From a virus (taxonomy: Duplodnaviria; Caudoviricetes): a stretch of 49,970 nt of DNA. A model generated the notes under the pieces. It saw nothing but the letters and a program-made list of their open reading frames with translations, ran no database searches and had not been told where the DNA came from. Position numbers and translations under genes: made by a program. The stretch is taken from the IMG/VR virus record IMGVR_UViG_3300027790_000033, positions 1-49,970 of that record. One strand, 5' to 3'. Below, one piece after another: positions 1 to 9,955 of this stretch; positions within the stretch are counted from its first letter, which is position 1, and the number at the start of each line of letters is the position of its first letter.

Positions 1-168
1 TGTGTGGTTGTGCGGAGCTGGGACGGCGAGGACGTCTTCTACGGCTTGATGACCACCTACACCTTAAACAAGCCGGTCGGTGGAGACCAGGAGTGGTTTG
101 ACCACCACAATCTAGAGGCCATCCTGCACGAGAAATCACAATTCGTACGCGATCTGCGGGGAGTATGA
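1..168 (+). CDS. C-terminal part of hypothetical protein (paralog family upstream of TerL)
   Basis: Frame 1 is open: CVVVRSWDGEDVFYGLM...ILHEKSQFVRDL. It resembles the C-terminus of 664-1425, and its stop overlaps the next start (ATGA). Confidence 0.7.
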   Translation, partial: CVVVRSWDGEDVFYGLMTTYTLNKPVGGDQEWFDHHNLEAILHEKSQFVRDLRGV

Positions 169-650
169 GCACGATGTTTTTCTGGAAAAAAGAAAAGCAA
201 GAAGTCAATCGGGCAATCGCCAGGAACTCTGACATCATTCTTGACATGAGGCGAAATGCCGTATGTATGAGGAGTAAGATCGACGAACTGTCGAAAGAGG
301 TCCGGTCTTTGCGCACGTCGCAGTCCTTGAAGAACGCCGCGTTCGCTCAAGGGATGCAAGAAAACGAGAAGCGTCTCAACGATCTGGAAACCCCGAAAGG
401 GGAGGACAAGCCCAAGCCGGATGAGCCTGGGCTTCGCATCCATGCCGGACAGCGGTGGATTATTGACCCAGGGGCGGGAATTCAGCCCTACGAGGCCACA
501 ATCATTGCCGACCACTTTCGGTCTGGAAGGTGCTTCTACTAGCTGCTCCACAAGGGTGTAGTCTTGAACTGCAAAGGGACCCCCTACCGAACAGGGAGTG
601 ATATGCAGAGCTTTTTGAACACGTACGGGGAATACGTCCAGGGAACCTAA
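165..650 (+). pseudogene. Coiled-coil plus GQxW-domain paralog interrupted by an in-frame TAG at 540-542
   Basis: The frame stays open after TAG (LLHKGVVL...EYVQGT, TAA at 650). FY*LL aligns with FYGLM of the upstream paralog. Confidence 0.55.
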
Positions 651-663
651 TCGCAGAAAGACT

Positions 664-1425
664 ATGAGCACGATGTACGCAAAACTTCTGATGTGGCTAT
701 TGAAGCCGATTGCGATCAAGGTTGATGAACTCTACCACAAGGTGACCTCGGCTCAGGTTATGGCCGACAATAACCGGGAGATATTTGTCCAACTCAACGA
801 GTCTTGTGGCAGGAGCAGCCGAGACTACCGCGAGGGTGACCAGAAGCTCTCCACCCGGATCAACGAACTAGCCGATAAGGTCCGCGACCTCGAACACCAC
901 GCCGCTGAGTCCGACAAGTACCCCGGAGTGGTTCGGGCATTCTCGTCTCGGTTGGAAGACCAAAGCAAGCGGCTGGATCACCAGGATCAGCGGATCGGAG
1001 AAACTAAGGTCAAGGTTGCACGACTGAAGGCCGACCTTGCAGATGACCGCCACTACAACAAAGAGCGAAGCGATGGCATCATGGAGTTGGTGACTTACAA
1101 CGCCCAGTGCATCAAGGAACAGGGAGAGCTGCTGTCTTCTTGTGTACCCAAGACTCCAGACGTGGAGCCGGAACCTGGGCCGGACCCAATAAAGGTCAAG
1201 CCTGGGCAAATCTGGCAGCACCCCAACAACGAAGAGATGGATGTTCTTGTGGTGGAGGACTACGACGGGGATATGATTCTCGTAACCAATGGGCTTATTC
1301 AGGAAGTGGAAGGCCAAGACTACTGGACCAAGGGTGGGATTATAGAACTCCTCAATGATAAGTCGAAACTAATCAAAGACGTGGAGCCGTGTCAGAGTAC
1401 CACCAGCGAATCCCAGACGACCTAG
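664..1425 (+). CDS. Hypothetical coiled-coil protein with C-terminal GQIW domain
   Basis: 253 aa ORF with a heptad-like middle, a Pro-rich linker and the motif KPGQIW. Confidence 0.75.
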   Translation: MSTMYAKLLMWLLKPIAIKVDELYHKVTSAQVMADNNREIFVQLNESCGRSSRDYREGDQKLSTRINELADKVRDLEHHAAESDKYPGVVRAFSSRLEDQSKRLDHQDQRIGETKVKVARLKADLADDRHYNKERSDGIMELVTYNAQCIKEQGELLSSCVPKTPDVEPEPGPDPIKVKPGQIWQHPNNEEMDVLVVEDYDGDMILVTNGLIQEVEGQDYWTKGGIIELLNDKSKLIKDVEPCQSTTSESQTT

Positions 1426-3176
1426 TAGGGAACCTTCGTTGGCGAGCACGGATGTACCAAGCCGCCGCCGAAGACCCGGAGATGCGACGGGCGCTGATGC
1501 AGGCGTGTGCCGAGGACATCAACTTCTGGGTCAAAGGCTTCTGTTGGACCTATGATCCTCGCAAGACGCACGGAGGGACACAGCCCAAGCTGCCGTTCAT
1601 TCCGTATGGGTTTCAGATCGAGTCGTTTCGGGAGATCGACGAGATCCTGGGCAAGGAAGACTTGCTCATCGAGAAGTCCCGTGACATGGGGGCTTCTTGG
1701 ATTCTATTGACGACGTTCGCGTGGCGGTGGCTATTCCACCCCATGCAGTCCTTCCTGTTGGTGAGCCGGAAGGAAGACCTCGTCGACAAGAGCGGTGACC
1801 CCAAGTCGCTGTTCTGGAAGATTGACTTCCTGCTGAAGTACATCCCAACGTGGATGCGACCAGCACTGGAGCGACGAAAGCTCCACCTGTACAACAAAGA
1901 GAACGGGAGCACAATTGATGGCGAATCTACAACTGGCGATGTGGCTCGTGGTGACCGCCGTACTGCTATCGGCCTTGACGAATTCGCTTCGGTTGATAAT
2001 GGCCCTGAAGTTCTGGCGGCGACCGGAGACGCGACTGATTGTCGTGTTTTTAACTCCACCCCCAAGGGGACCGGAAACGCTTTCTACACCCAGCGGGAGA
2101 AAGGGACCCGACGACTCACTCTCCACTGGAGCCGTCACCCCGAAAAGGCCCTCGGCCTCTACTCGTCGAATGGCGGAAAGCTTATTCGACTCGATGAAGA
2201 GTACGAGTATCCACCGGACTATGCCTTCATTCTCGATGGCCGATTACGAAGCCCTTGGTACGATCGCGAGTGCAGCCGACGATCTCACCAAGTTGAGGTG
2301 GCTCAAGAACTCGACATCGACTACCTCGGGTCAGCGTACCAGTTCTTCGATTCCGACACCCTCCGCAAACTAAAGGAAGAGAACGCTTCCGATCCGAAGT
2401 CTCAAGGGTTCTTCGACTATGACCCCCACACCCATGAGATCCTCAGCTACACACCTTCACCGAAGGGGCACTTCCGGTCCTGGATTGATTCGCCGGACGG
2501 GAGTATGCCAGGGGGGTATGAAGGCCGGAAGTACGTCATCGGGTGCGACGTCTCTTCGGGAACGGGAGCCACTGAGTCTGCCGCTACAATTGTGGACAAG
2601 ACTACCGGCGTTAAGGTGGCTGAGTACGTTAATCAGCGGATAACGCCCGAGTCGTTCGCACACGTTGTTGTTGCTCTCGCCAAGCACTTCAACAACGCCA
2701 GCCTGATTTGGGAAGCGAATGGCCCCGGTCGGCCATTTGGTCAGACAATTCTGGAAACGGGTTACCGCAACATATACCTTCGCCGCGATGACGCCAAGAT
2801 CGTCAAGAAGGTTAGTGATGTTCCCGGGTGGTTCAGCACTAAGGAAACCAAGAGGACATTGCTTGGTGCCTACCGTGACGGGCTGGTTAGCCGAAAAATC
2901 ATCGTCCATTCAGCTGAGAGTTACGATCAGGCAGCCGAGTATGTCTACCTGCCGAACGACTCAATCGAACACAGCCGAGCCAACAACAGCACCGATCCGT
3001 CATCCAGCAAAGACAACCACGGCGACCGAGTGATCGCGGACGCCTTGGCTTACAAGCTGTTGAAGGACACCACCAGAGAAGAGAAGGCCAAGAACCCCAT
3101 CATCTTGCCTGGGAGTTTGGCTTGGCGACGTCAACTGCAACGCGATTCAGAACGGGAGCGAAGAATCACATGGTAG
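1389..3176 (+). CDS. terL: Terminase large subunit
   Basis: Walker A variant IEKSRDMGASW, Walker B IGLDEFA, coupling motif STPKG, RNase H-like nuclease residues IGCDVS and HGDRVIADALA. Confidence 0.95.
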   Translation: MSEYHQRIPDDLVGNLRWRARMYQAAAEDPEMRRALMQACAEDINFWVKGFCWTYDPRKTHGGTQPKLPFIPYGFQIESFREIDEILGKEDLLIEKSRDMGASWILLTTFAWRWLFHPMQSFLLVSRKEDLVDKSGDPKSLFWKIDFLLKYIPTWMRPALERRKLHLYNKENGSTIDGESTTGDVARGDRRTAIGLDEFASVDNGPEVLAATGDATDCRVFNSTPKGTGNAFYTQREKGTRRLTLHWSRHPEKALGLYSSNGGKLIRLDEEYEYPPDYAFILDGRLRSPWYDRECSRRSHQVEVAQELDIDYLGSAYQFFDSDTLRKLKEENASDPKSQGFFDYDPHTHEILSYTPSPKGHFRSWIDSPDGSMPGGYEGRKYVIGCDVSSGTGATESAATIVDKTTGVKVAEYVNQRITPESFAHVVVALAKHFNNASLIWEANGPGRPFGQTILETGYRNIYLRRDDAKIVKKVSDVPGWFSTKETKRTLLGAYRDGLVSRKIIVHSAESYDQAAEYVYLPNDSIEHSRANNSTDPSSSKDNHGDRVIADALAYKLLKDTTREEKAKNPIILPGSLAWRRQLQRDSERERRITW

Positions 3177-3364
3177 AGAGCTGTAGCAACTGCATGCACT
3201 GGGACGCGGCACAGTGTTGTATGGCAATGGAGTCAGATGGCGGAGAGCCTCCGAATCCTCAAACCCGTGCGTTTGCCATTAGCGATCATATAGGTCCTGC
3301 CTGCCAAGTTCGCACCCATCCACAATTCCACTGCAGCATGTGGCAACAGAACAACGGACAATGA
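3170..3364 (+). CDS. Small Cys-rich hypothetical protein
   Basis: ATG at 3170 overlaps the terL stop. CxxC..W...C pattern with a C-terminal C..W. Confidence 0.55.
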   Translation: MVESCSNCMHWDAAQCCMAMESDGGEPPNPQTRAFAISDHIGPACQVRTHPQFHCSMWQQNNGQ

Positions 3365-3729
3365 GAGAAGTACAAGACAACATCGCCCGGATCGACCGGG
3401 TCATTGACGGTGATTCGGTTGTCGCCACATTCTTCCTTGGTTTCGGAATCGCCGTTACCGAGAAGCTTCGGCTGTCCGGGATCAATGCACCCGAGCGAAA
3501 CACCGAGGCGGGGCAGTTGGCTACAGACTACCTGAAGTGGCTGATCGAGCTGCACTCGGGACCGGATGGAATCATCACGGTCCGCACCGAAAAGAACCGT
3601 CGCGGGGTGGAGAAAAAGGGCAAGTTCGGTCGTTATCTGGCGACGATCCTCTCGTGGGATGCCGAGGGTGATGAGATCAACCTGAATGACGAGATGGTCG
3701 AGTCCGGTCACGCAAAAGTCTACGCATGA
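3361..3729 (+). CDS. Thermonuclease (SNase)-like nuclease
   Basis: RVIDGDS, RLSGINAPE and KFGRYLA motifs of the staphylococcal nuclease family. Confidence 0.88.
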   Translation: MREVQDNIARIDRVIDGDSVVATFFLGFGIAVTEKLRLSGINAPERNTEAGQLATDYLKWLIELHSGPDGIITVRTEKNRRGVEKKGKFGRYLATILSWDAEGDEINLNDEMVESGHAKVYA

Positions 3730-5519
3730 ACCCAAACAACGAGAGAGATTTGCGGCGATTCTACGACTCTTTCGAGTGGTCGGGGTCCAAGCTGCGTCCG
3801 TTTCGCGAGAATCGCTTTGCTGCGATCCAACAACTCGTGGGCGGGAACTACTCCGACGACGGCACGGACTGTCAGGTTTACATCAATCTCATTGAACAGG
3901 GGGTGTCGACATACCTGCGACAACTAGCGGCAAAGAATCCCCAGGTGATGGTCGAGTCCCCCTACCCCGACCTCAAACCCGCAGCCACCGAGTTGGAGAT
4001 CGCAGTGAATCATATGATTCACGAGATCAACTTACTGCAGGCTCTCAGGGAAGTTGTCCAAGAGGCGATCTTTTCTCCATCCGGGATACTCAAGCTTGGG
4101 ATGTGCATCGACGAGGGTGCATCATTCAACCACGTCGGGGGTCAATACTACGCTGATCCTGTGACTCTGGACGACTGGGTCCAAGACATGAGCGTCACTC
4201 GGTTCGACCAGATCTCTTACTGTGGCAACCGTTACCGCATGCGACTGGAAGAGGCACGCGAGTTTCCGGGATTCAAAAAGAAGCGACGACAAGAACTCAA
4301 AGCGTCCAAGCGGAGTTCGTTTAATCATAACTCAGACGAGCGGGCAGAGACGCTCTCCCAGGGTACGGACCACATCCAGGAAGAGTACACCGACTTCGTC
4401 GACTTGTACGAGATCTGGCTACCGGCTGAGAAGCTGATCGTCACCTGCGAGGCCGACAGCTCTGGCTTCGGCATGCTGACCGGCAAGCCTCTGGGAATCT
4501 GGGAATGGACCGGACCCCGACGTGGCCCCTATCACCAACTGAGTTTCTCCACAGTGCCGGGCAACGCGATGGGCTTGCCGACTGTGGCGAACTGGATGGG
4601 CCTGCATGAGCTGATCAATCAGATCATGCGAAAGCTGGCTGACCAAGCTTTGCGACAGAAAAGCGTGTTCACCTATACAGGTGAAAGCGAAGAGGACGCG
4701 AGGCGGGTTGTCGAGTCTAAGGATGGGGAGACGTTCCAGACCGACAACCCAAATGCGGTCCAGTCGATGGACTATGGCGGGATCAATCAAGTCTCGCTCG
4801 GGTTCATGCTGCAGATGCGAGACATGTTCTCGGCAATGGCCGGTAATTTGGATGTCCTGGGCGGCATCTCGCCGCAAGCCGACACGTACGGGCAGGAGCG
4901 ACTCTTGGCTGAGTCTGCGTCCAAGCGTATCGACGACATGCAAGACCAAGTCATTACGTTCACGACCGCCGTGTGTCAGGATCTCGCGGAGTATCTCTAC
5001 TACGACCCGCTGATCGAGATCCCCATCACTAAGAGGCTGGGTGGAACGAAGTACACAGTAACAACCACATGGCCGGTGCGAGATGGCGTCGACCTTCGGG
5101 ATGGTGACTTTTTTGAATACAACTTCTCGGTCGTCCCCCACTCGATGGAGCAACCGACTCCGTCGTCTCGCTTGAACACGATCAGTCAGTTCTTCAACCA
5201 GTTCGTCTTGCCGAACATGCAGGCGATGCAAGAGCAAGGCATTGCGATCAACTACGAGAAGCTGTTCAGGCTGATTGCCAAGCTGTCGAACATGAAGGAT
5301 CTGGAAGAGATGCTCATGTTCGTCGGGCAGCCACAGGCTCAGCCCGAGAAGCCAATCATCCCGGCTGCACAGAAGCCAGCCCACACGTCACACACTTCAG
5401 AGCGTGTGAATCGGCCAGGGGCATCCAATCAGGGGAAGAGTCAGATAATGCAGTCACTCATGTTCGGCGGAAATCCGCAGTCGAGTGAAATGGCCTCTCT
5501 CACAAGGATGGCGACATGA
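3726..5519 (+). CDS. Portal protein
   Basis: 597 aa, lies after terL and before scaffold and capsid, with a Q/P-rich C-terminal tail typical of podoviral portals. Confidence 0.85.
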   Translation: MNPNNERDLRRFYDSFEWSGSKLRPFRENRFAAIQQLVGGNYSDDGTDCQVYINLIEQGVSTYLRQLAAKNPQVMVESPYPDLKPAATELEIAVNHMIHEINLLQALREVVQEAIFSPSGILKLGMCIDEGASFNHVGGQYYADPVTLDDWVQDMSVTRFDQISYCGNRYRMRLEEAREFPGFKKKRRQELKASKRSSFNHNSDERAETLSQGTDHIQEEYTDFVDLYEIWLPAEKLIVTCEADSSGFGMLTGKPLGIWEWTGPRRGPYHQLSFSTVPGNAMGLPTVANWMGLHELINQIMRKLADQALRQKSVFTYTGESEEDARRVVESKDGETFQTDNPNAVQSMDYGGINQVSLGFMLQMRDMFSAMAGNLDVLGGISPQADTYGQERLLAESASKRIDDMQDQVITFTTAVCQDLAEYLYYDPLIEIPITKRLGGTKYTVTTTWPVRDGVDLRDGDFFEYNFSVVPHSMEQPTPSSRLNTISQFFNQFVLPNMQAMQEQGIAINYEKLFRLIAKLSNMKDLEEMLMFVGQPQAQPEKPIIPAAQKPAHTSHTSERVNRPGASNQGKSQIMQSLMFGGNPQSSEMASLTRMAT

Positions 5520-5797
5520 TTGCTCACCTGGAACGACCCATCGACGTGAATGGCGAGGTGTGGGGGTGGGAACTCACAGACCTCGATGACACCTGGGGTG
5601 AGTGTTGCATTGACACTCGCATGATTCGTATTCACCAGGACACACACGGACGCAGCGAACTGAATACCTGCATCCACGAAATGCTGCACGCACAGCATCC
5701 CGGCTGGGACCACAGGAAGATTAACCAGCGAGCACGAGAGATGACTGACTTTCTCTGGGAATACGGATACCGATGCCAACGTACTATTACCGAGTAA
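5516..5797 (+). CDS. Small HExxH zincin-like metallopeptidase
   Basis: WGEC...IRI...TCIHEMLHA motif. Confidence 0.65.
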   Translation: MIAHLERPIDVNGEVWGWELTDLDDTWGECCIDTRMIRIHQDTHGRSELNTCIHEMLHAQHPGWDHRKINQRAREMTDFLWEYGYRCQRTITE

Positions 5798-6162
5798 AAA
5801 AGACGGGCGAGCTGATCGAGCGAATCTGGCCGATTGCTGAGATGATCGAGCGGCAGAAGCACGACAGCGACGGCGAGCCGTATATCCGCACTAAGGATGG
5901 TCGAGCGTACCGCGACATCAAGGCCGAGGCAGGCGACTTTGTTAATACTCCCGGCAATTATCCAATGTGCTGTGAGTCCTCTGGGGTGAACCCCAGTCAA
6001 ATCAAAGAGGTTGAAGCACACCTTCGCGAACGCGGAGTGCCAACGCACTTCACCAAGGATGGGAGAGCGATTTATGAATCAGCAACACACCGCAGGAAAG
6101 CCCTCGAAGCCAGAGGCTTTTATGACCGAAACGGCGGATACTCAGACCCACAGCGTCGATGA
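5773..6162 (+). CDS. Hypothetical protein (FmdB-like N-terminus)
   Basis: MPTYYYR start resembles the MPxYxY family often found between portal and scaffold, but the CxxC is missing. Confidence 0.55.
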   Translation: MPTYYYRVKKTGELIERIWPIAEMIERQKHDSDGEPYIRTKDGRAYRDIKAEAGDFVNTPGNYPMCCESSGVNPSQIKEVEAHLRERGVPTHFTKDGRAIYESATHRRKALEARGFYDRNGGYSDPQRR

Positions 6163-6267
6163 GTTTATCGTTCGCATGGAGCAAAACGCTTGCGTCTGGA
6201 ATGCCGTATTGATCGTAGCAACCGCCGTATTAGGGCTGTGCTACCTAGTGAGCTAACGGAGCACTCA

Positions 6268-7329
6268 GTGACCACCGAACAAGAGAAGCAAGAATCAACC
6301 GAGTCCAATCCGTCCAGTGAAGAGTCAATCTTCCCAGAGTACGGAGGTGAGAAGTCCGAACCCGAGGGTTCCGCCTACGACTTCCAGGACCCCGAGACTG
6401 AGGTTGAAGATGAACCCCAAGACGACGGCGAAGACCGCTCGGACTGGGATGAAATCGAAGACGAAGAAACAGACTCAGACGACGAAGACGGCGATGACCA
6501 TTCCGCCGACGAGTCCGACGACGATGATAGCGAGGATGAAGAGGAAGAGTCGGAGGATGAGAGCGATGAGCATTCCGCTCCCAAGTTCGACCAAAAACTC
6601 TTGGACATTGCCCAAGACTTTGGCTTCACTCGCGAACAGGCTCTAGGCTTTGGATCACCGGAAGCACTCGAAGGTGCTCTCCGCAATATGTCCGAAGCCT
6701 ATCAGAACAACCAGCCCAAGGCCGAGAGTTCTGGAGATTCCAAGCCGGACGACATCCCGCCGCTGGACTCATTTGAGTTGAATCTGCCCGAGGGTGAGTA
6801 CGAGCAAGAGGTGATCGATGTCTTCAAGGGCATGAACGATCACTTTCAGAAGGTCGTCAACTCACTCAAGTCTGAAGTGACAGCACTTCAGCAGATCGAA
6901 AATCTGCGAGAGCAGAAGGCAAGAGAGGGTCGCTTTGACGACATGATTGCCGCTGCAGGCAAGGACCAAGAGTCCATCTTTGGCAAAGGGCGGGCCGATG
7001 AAATCGACCGCAATGGCGAAGGGTTTCAAAACCGAGTGCGGACGTGGAAAGAGATGGAAGCACTGCAACGTGCCGACTCTTTTCTTGGCCGTGCTCCCCG
7101 GTCTGAAAAGGAATTATTCAAGGTAGCCACGCAATCGTTGTTTGGCGACAAACTTTCAAAACAAGCGAGCAAGTCTGCATCCCAGCGCTCCAAGAAGCAG
7201 ATTCGCGACCACATGGGACGGTTTTCTCAACGCCCGACTAAGCGGGTGACTGACGAAAACTTGTCTCCAGATGAGAAGGCTCTTGCAGCCGTCAAAGCGA
7301 AATTCAAGGAGTACGGGATCAACGACTGA
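6268..7329 (+). CDS. Capsid scaffolding protein
   Basis: GTG at 6268 with a GGAG RBS. Very acidic low-complexity N-terminus, helical C-terminus, directly upstream of the capsid gene. Confidence 0.75.
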   Translation: MTTEQEKQESTESNPSSEESIFPEYGGEKSEPEGSAYDFQDPETEVEDEPQDDGEDRSDWDEIEDEETDSDDEDGDDHSADESDDDDSEDEEEESEDESDEHSAPKFDQKLLDIAQDFGFTREQALGFGSPEALEGALRNMSEAYQNNQPKAESSGDSKPDDIPPLDSFELNLPEGEYEQEVIDVFKGMNDHFQKVVNSLKSEVTALQQIENLREQKAREGRFDDMIAAAGKDQESIFGKGRADEIDRNGEGFQNRVRTWKEMEALQRADSFLGRAPRSEKELFKVATQSLFGDKLSKQASKSASQRSKKQIRDHMGRFSQRPTKRVTDENLSPDEKALAAVKAKFKEYGIND

Positions 7330-7354
7330 CTCGTGTGACATAAAGGAGGCATAG

Positions 7355-8389
7355 ATGCCTGTCTTGTCCCACGATCAGATCCTTGATCTGGTCACGACCA
7401 CTCAGAAGAATCTGGGTCCGATGAAGTGGACCGAGATTGCGACTGACCTGACGAACTATGAAGTTCTGTCAAAAATGCTCGTCAAGAGCAAGGTTGAATT
7501 CCACACTGGTGATGGTGTTCAACGAAACGTGATGACGGACACTTCGGATGCAGCCCGACACGTCGGCCTGTTCAACGAAGACAACGTCAACACCGACGAC
7601 GTGATGCAAACTATCGACGTGCCGTTCCGGCACTCGACGACCAACTACGCATTTGATCGTCGCGAAAAGGCTATCAACGGCGGGCCTGAGCAGATCGTTG
7701 ATCTGATCAAGGTTAGACGGGCCGACTCCATGATCTCGCTTGCCGAGTTGATGGAGGACACGTTCTGGTCGAAGCCGACCGATAGCACCGACAAGATCAC
7801 TCCGTACGGCATCAAGTATTGGATGGTCAGCTCCACCAGCGAGGGATTCAATGGCGGCAACCCGTCAGGATTCACTTCGGGTGCGGGCAATTTGGATTCC
7901 AGCACCTACACCCGCTGGGCCAACTACACCAACCAGTACGCAGCCGTCACGAAAGCGGACCTCATCACCAAGATGCGGAAGGCTCACCGTAAGACTGACT
8001 TCAAGTCTCCGGTCGACATTCCTTCGTACCGTGGTTCGATGGGTCACACATATCGGATCTACCTGAATGAGCCGACGATCGCGGCGATGGAAGACATTGG
8101 TGAAAGCACCAACGAAAACCTCGGTCGCGACTTGGCTCCGATGGACGACAAGATGACCTTCCGGTCGAATCCGCTCGTCTACACTCCCAAGTTGGATTCG
8201 GACAGCACCAACCCGCTGTACTTCATCAACTGGGGTGTGCTCAAGATCTTTTTCTTGAAGGGCGAACACTTGCGTGAGTCTGGGCCGCTGTTAAGTCCCG
8301 GTTCTCACAACGTGTACAACAACCACATCGATTTGAGTTGGAACACTCTGTGTGTCAACCGTCGTAAGTTGGCCCTGATTACCTTGTGA
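7355..8389 (+). CDS. Major capsid protein
   Basis: 344 aa, strong AAGGAGG RBS, follows the scaffold gene, and is followed by hairpins. Confidence 0.85.
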   Translation: MPVLSHDQILDLVTTTQKNLGPMKWTEIATDLTNYEVLSKMLVKSKVEFHTGDGVQRNVMTDTSDAARHVGLFNEDNVNTDDVMQTIDVPFRHSTTNYAFDRREKAINGGPEQIVDLIKVRRADSMISLAELMEDTFWSKPTDSTDKITPYGIKYWMVSSTSEGFNGGNPSGFTSGAGNLDSSTYTRWANYTNQYAAVTKADLITKMRKAHRKTDFKSPVDIPSYRGSMGHTYRIYLNEPTIAAMEDIGESTNENLGRDLAPMDDKMTFRSNPLVYTPKLDSDSTNPLYFINWGVLKIFFLKGEHLRESGPLLSPGSHNVYNNHIDLSWNTLCVNRRKLALITL

Positions 8390-8395
8390 TCCCCG

Positions 8396-8456
8396 CAGAG
8401 TCGTTAGCTCGACTCTGATCGCTCCCCCGGAGTCGTTTGTGCTCGCGACTCCGGGG
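8396..8456 (+). terminator. Tandem hairpins after the capsid gene (terminator or mRNA stabiliser)
   Basis: CAGAGTCG-6-CGACTCTG and CCCCGGAGTCG-10-CGACTCCGGGG. No strong U-tract. Confidence 0.55.
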
Positions 8457-8490
8457 ATTCCATAAACTTTCACTCCAATGGAGATAACAA

Positions 8491-9297
8491 ATGTCTTTAC
8501 GATCCCAGTACATGGGGCAAGACACTCGTGGATTGAGTGGTCGCATTTGGGACCGCATCGACGTCGACCGTCTGATGCGGAACCCTCGTGAGGGTCACTT
8601 TTTCTATGATGACTTCCTCAATACCCCGACGTTCGCGTCGGCAACCAGCCAGTCTGGTTACATCACCTACCAAGACACGTCTGCCACTGTGGCGGGAGTG
8701 GCGACCGACGATGCTGACGGCGTACTTATCTTAAGTACGGCAACCACCGACAACAACGAGGCTGGGTTGACGTTCAGTGCGAATGTTGGTGCCCCGTTCC
8801 GGCTTGACACAAGCGTCAAGGCCGACGTGGCATTCGAGGCCCGTATTAAGCTTTCGTCTGTAACGGACGTTGGGTTTATTGTCGGGCTTGCCGAAGAGGG
8901 TCTTGCCGCGGCGAATACCCTCACAGACAATACTGGTGCCCCCGCCGACAAGGACTACATCGGCTACCGCATCCTGACTGCCGACTCGGACGGACTCGAT
9001 GCTGTGTACAACATGGAGTCTGCTGGCGGCGAGACCGTCGCGAAAAACGAAGCCCAGGTTATCTCGACCGGGACTTGGTACAAGGTCGGGTTCCGCTACG
9101 ACTCGCAGCGAGACAAGCTCGTGTGGTACGTGGACAACGACCTCATAGCCACCACTAGCGACGTCTCTGCACTGACGTCTGGGTCCTTCCCGGATGGTGA
9201 AGCGTTGGCTCCGCTGATTCATATCAAGACGGGTTCTGCAGCTGACAAAGAGGCAGCACTCGACTGGTGGGCAATCGGCCAATACAAGGCGTCCTGA
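8491..9297 (+). CDS. Putative capsid-associated/decoration protein
   Basis: Follows the capsid gene, has a GGAG RBS, and is a beta-rich, lectin-like sequence (FFYDDF, FEARIK, WYKVGF, WYVD). Confidence 0.55.
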   Translation: MSLRSQYMGQDTRGLSGRIWDRIDVDRLMRNPREGHFFYDDFLNTPTFASATSQSGYITYQDTSATVAGVATDDADGVLILSTATTDNNEAGLTFSANVGAPFRLDTSVKADVAFEARIKLSSVTDVGFIVGLAEEGLAAANTLTDNTGAPADKDYIGYRILTADSDGLDAVYNMESAGGETVAKNEAQVISTGTWYKVGFRYDSQRDKLVWYVDNDLIATTSDVSALTSGSFPDGEALAPLIHIKTGSAADKEAALDWWAIGQYKAS

Positions 9298-9303
9298 TTG
9301 AGC

Positions 9304-9349
9304 GGTGGAGGCACAGTGCTCGGTGCCTCCACCCTCATTTCTTTTTCTT
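9304..9349 (+). terminator. Rho-independent terminator
   Basis: GGTGGAGGCAC-8-GTGCCTCCACC followed by a T-rich tract. Confidence 0.7.
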
Positions 9350-9371
9350 CAACCCTACAGAGTGAGAACAC

Positions 9372-9638
9372 ATGTCAATCGTTAGTGATGCCGTCAAGGT
9401 CGAAATGGATAAGGATCTTGAGGGCCGGTTCAATCGGATCTTGGGGACCGATAGTGTGCCGAAAGAGGTGGCCGAATTTCATCGCAGGCTGACGTACGTC
9501 AATGACCGTGACGGCGGAAATTCTCAGGTCCAAGTGAAGACCCTGGTTCCGCTGGTGTGCGTCTTGTACGACGCGGGGATCCTCAAGCCCTTGGCACCCA
9601 AGCCTGCCGCGAAGTCGACCGGAGGTAAACAAGACTGA
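9372..9638 (+). CDS. Hypothetical protein
   Basis: 88 aa ORF coupled to the next gene (TGATG). Confidence 0.65.
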   Translation: MSIVSDAVKVEMDKDLEGRFNRILGTDSVPKEVAEFHRRLTYVNDRDGGNSQVQVKTLVPLVCVLYDAGILKPLAPKPAAKSTGGKQD

Positions 9639-9955
9639 TGGCAATCACGAACGCCCAGGCCGTCCGGTTCTGCAACGACAAAGTGCGTGCCCTAGCTGAT
9701 GCGGCGGCACGTTACTACTACTTGGCCGACCGGTTTGCCAACGAATGGTCCGCCACCAATATGGGTGACTTGATCCCCAACGACCCTAATGAGGTTGTGA
9801 ATGATGGGTCGGACATCGACGGGAGGTCTCGCATTACGGGACGAGACGTTAACAACCTGAAGGGCCACGCCGATCTCATGGTTGCCGACCTCAAGGCAAA
9901 CAACAACCTCAAGCTTAATATCTTGCACCGTATCGAGGTTAACGGTAGTCGCTAA
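9638..9955 (+). CDS. Hypothetical virion-module protein
   Basis: 105 aa ORF translationally coupled on both sides. Confidence 0.7.
   Translation: MAITNAQAVRFCNDKVRALADAAARYYYLADRFANEWSATNMGDLIPNDPNEVVNDGSDIDGRSRITGRDVNNLKGHADLMVADLKANNNLKLNILHRIEVNGSR

Noticed and set aside
4419-5384. 321 aa antisense ORF (also 57-719, 14944-15801 and 38285-38956)
   Set aside because: These are shadow ORFs opposite well-supported genes in a GC-rich genome, with no motifs.
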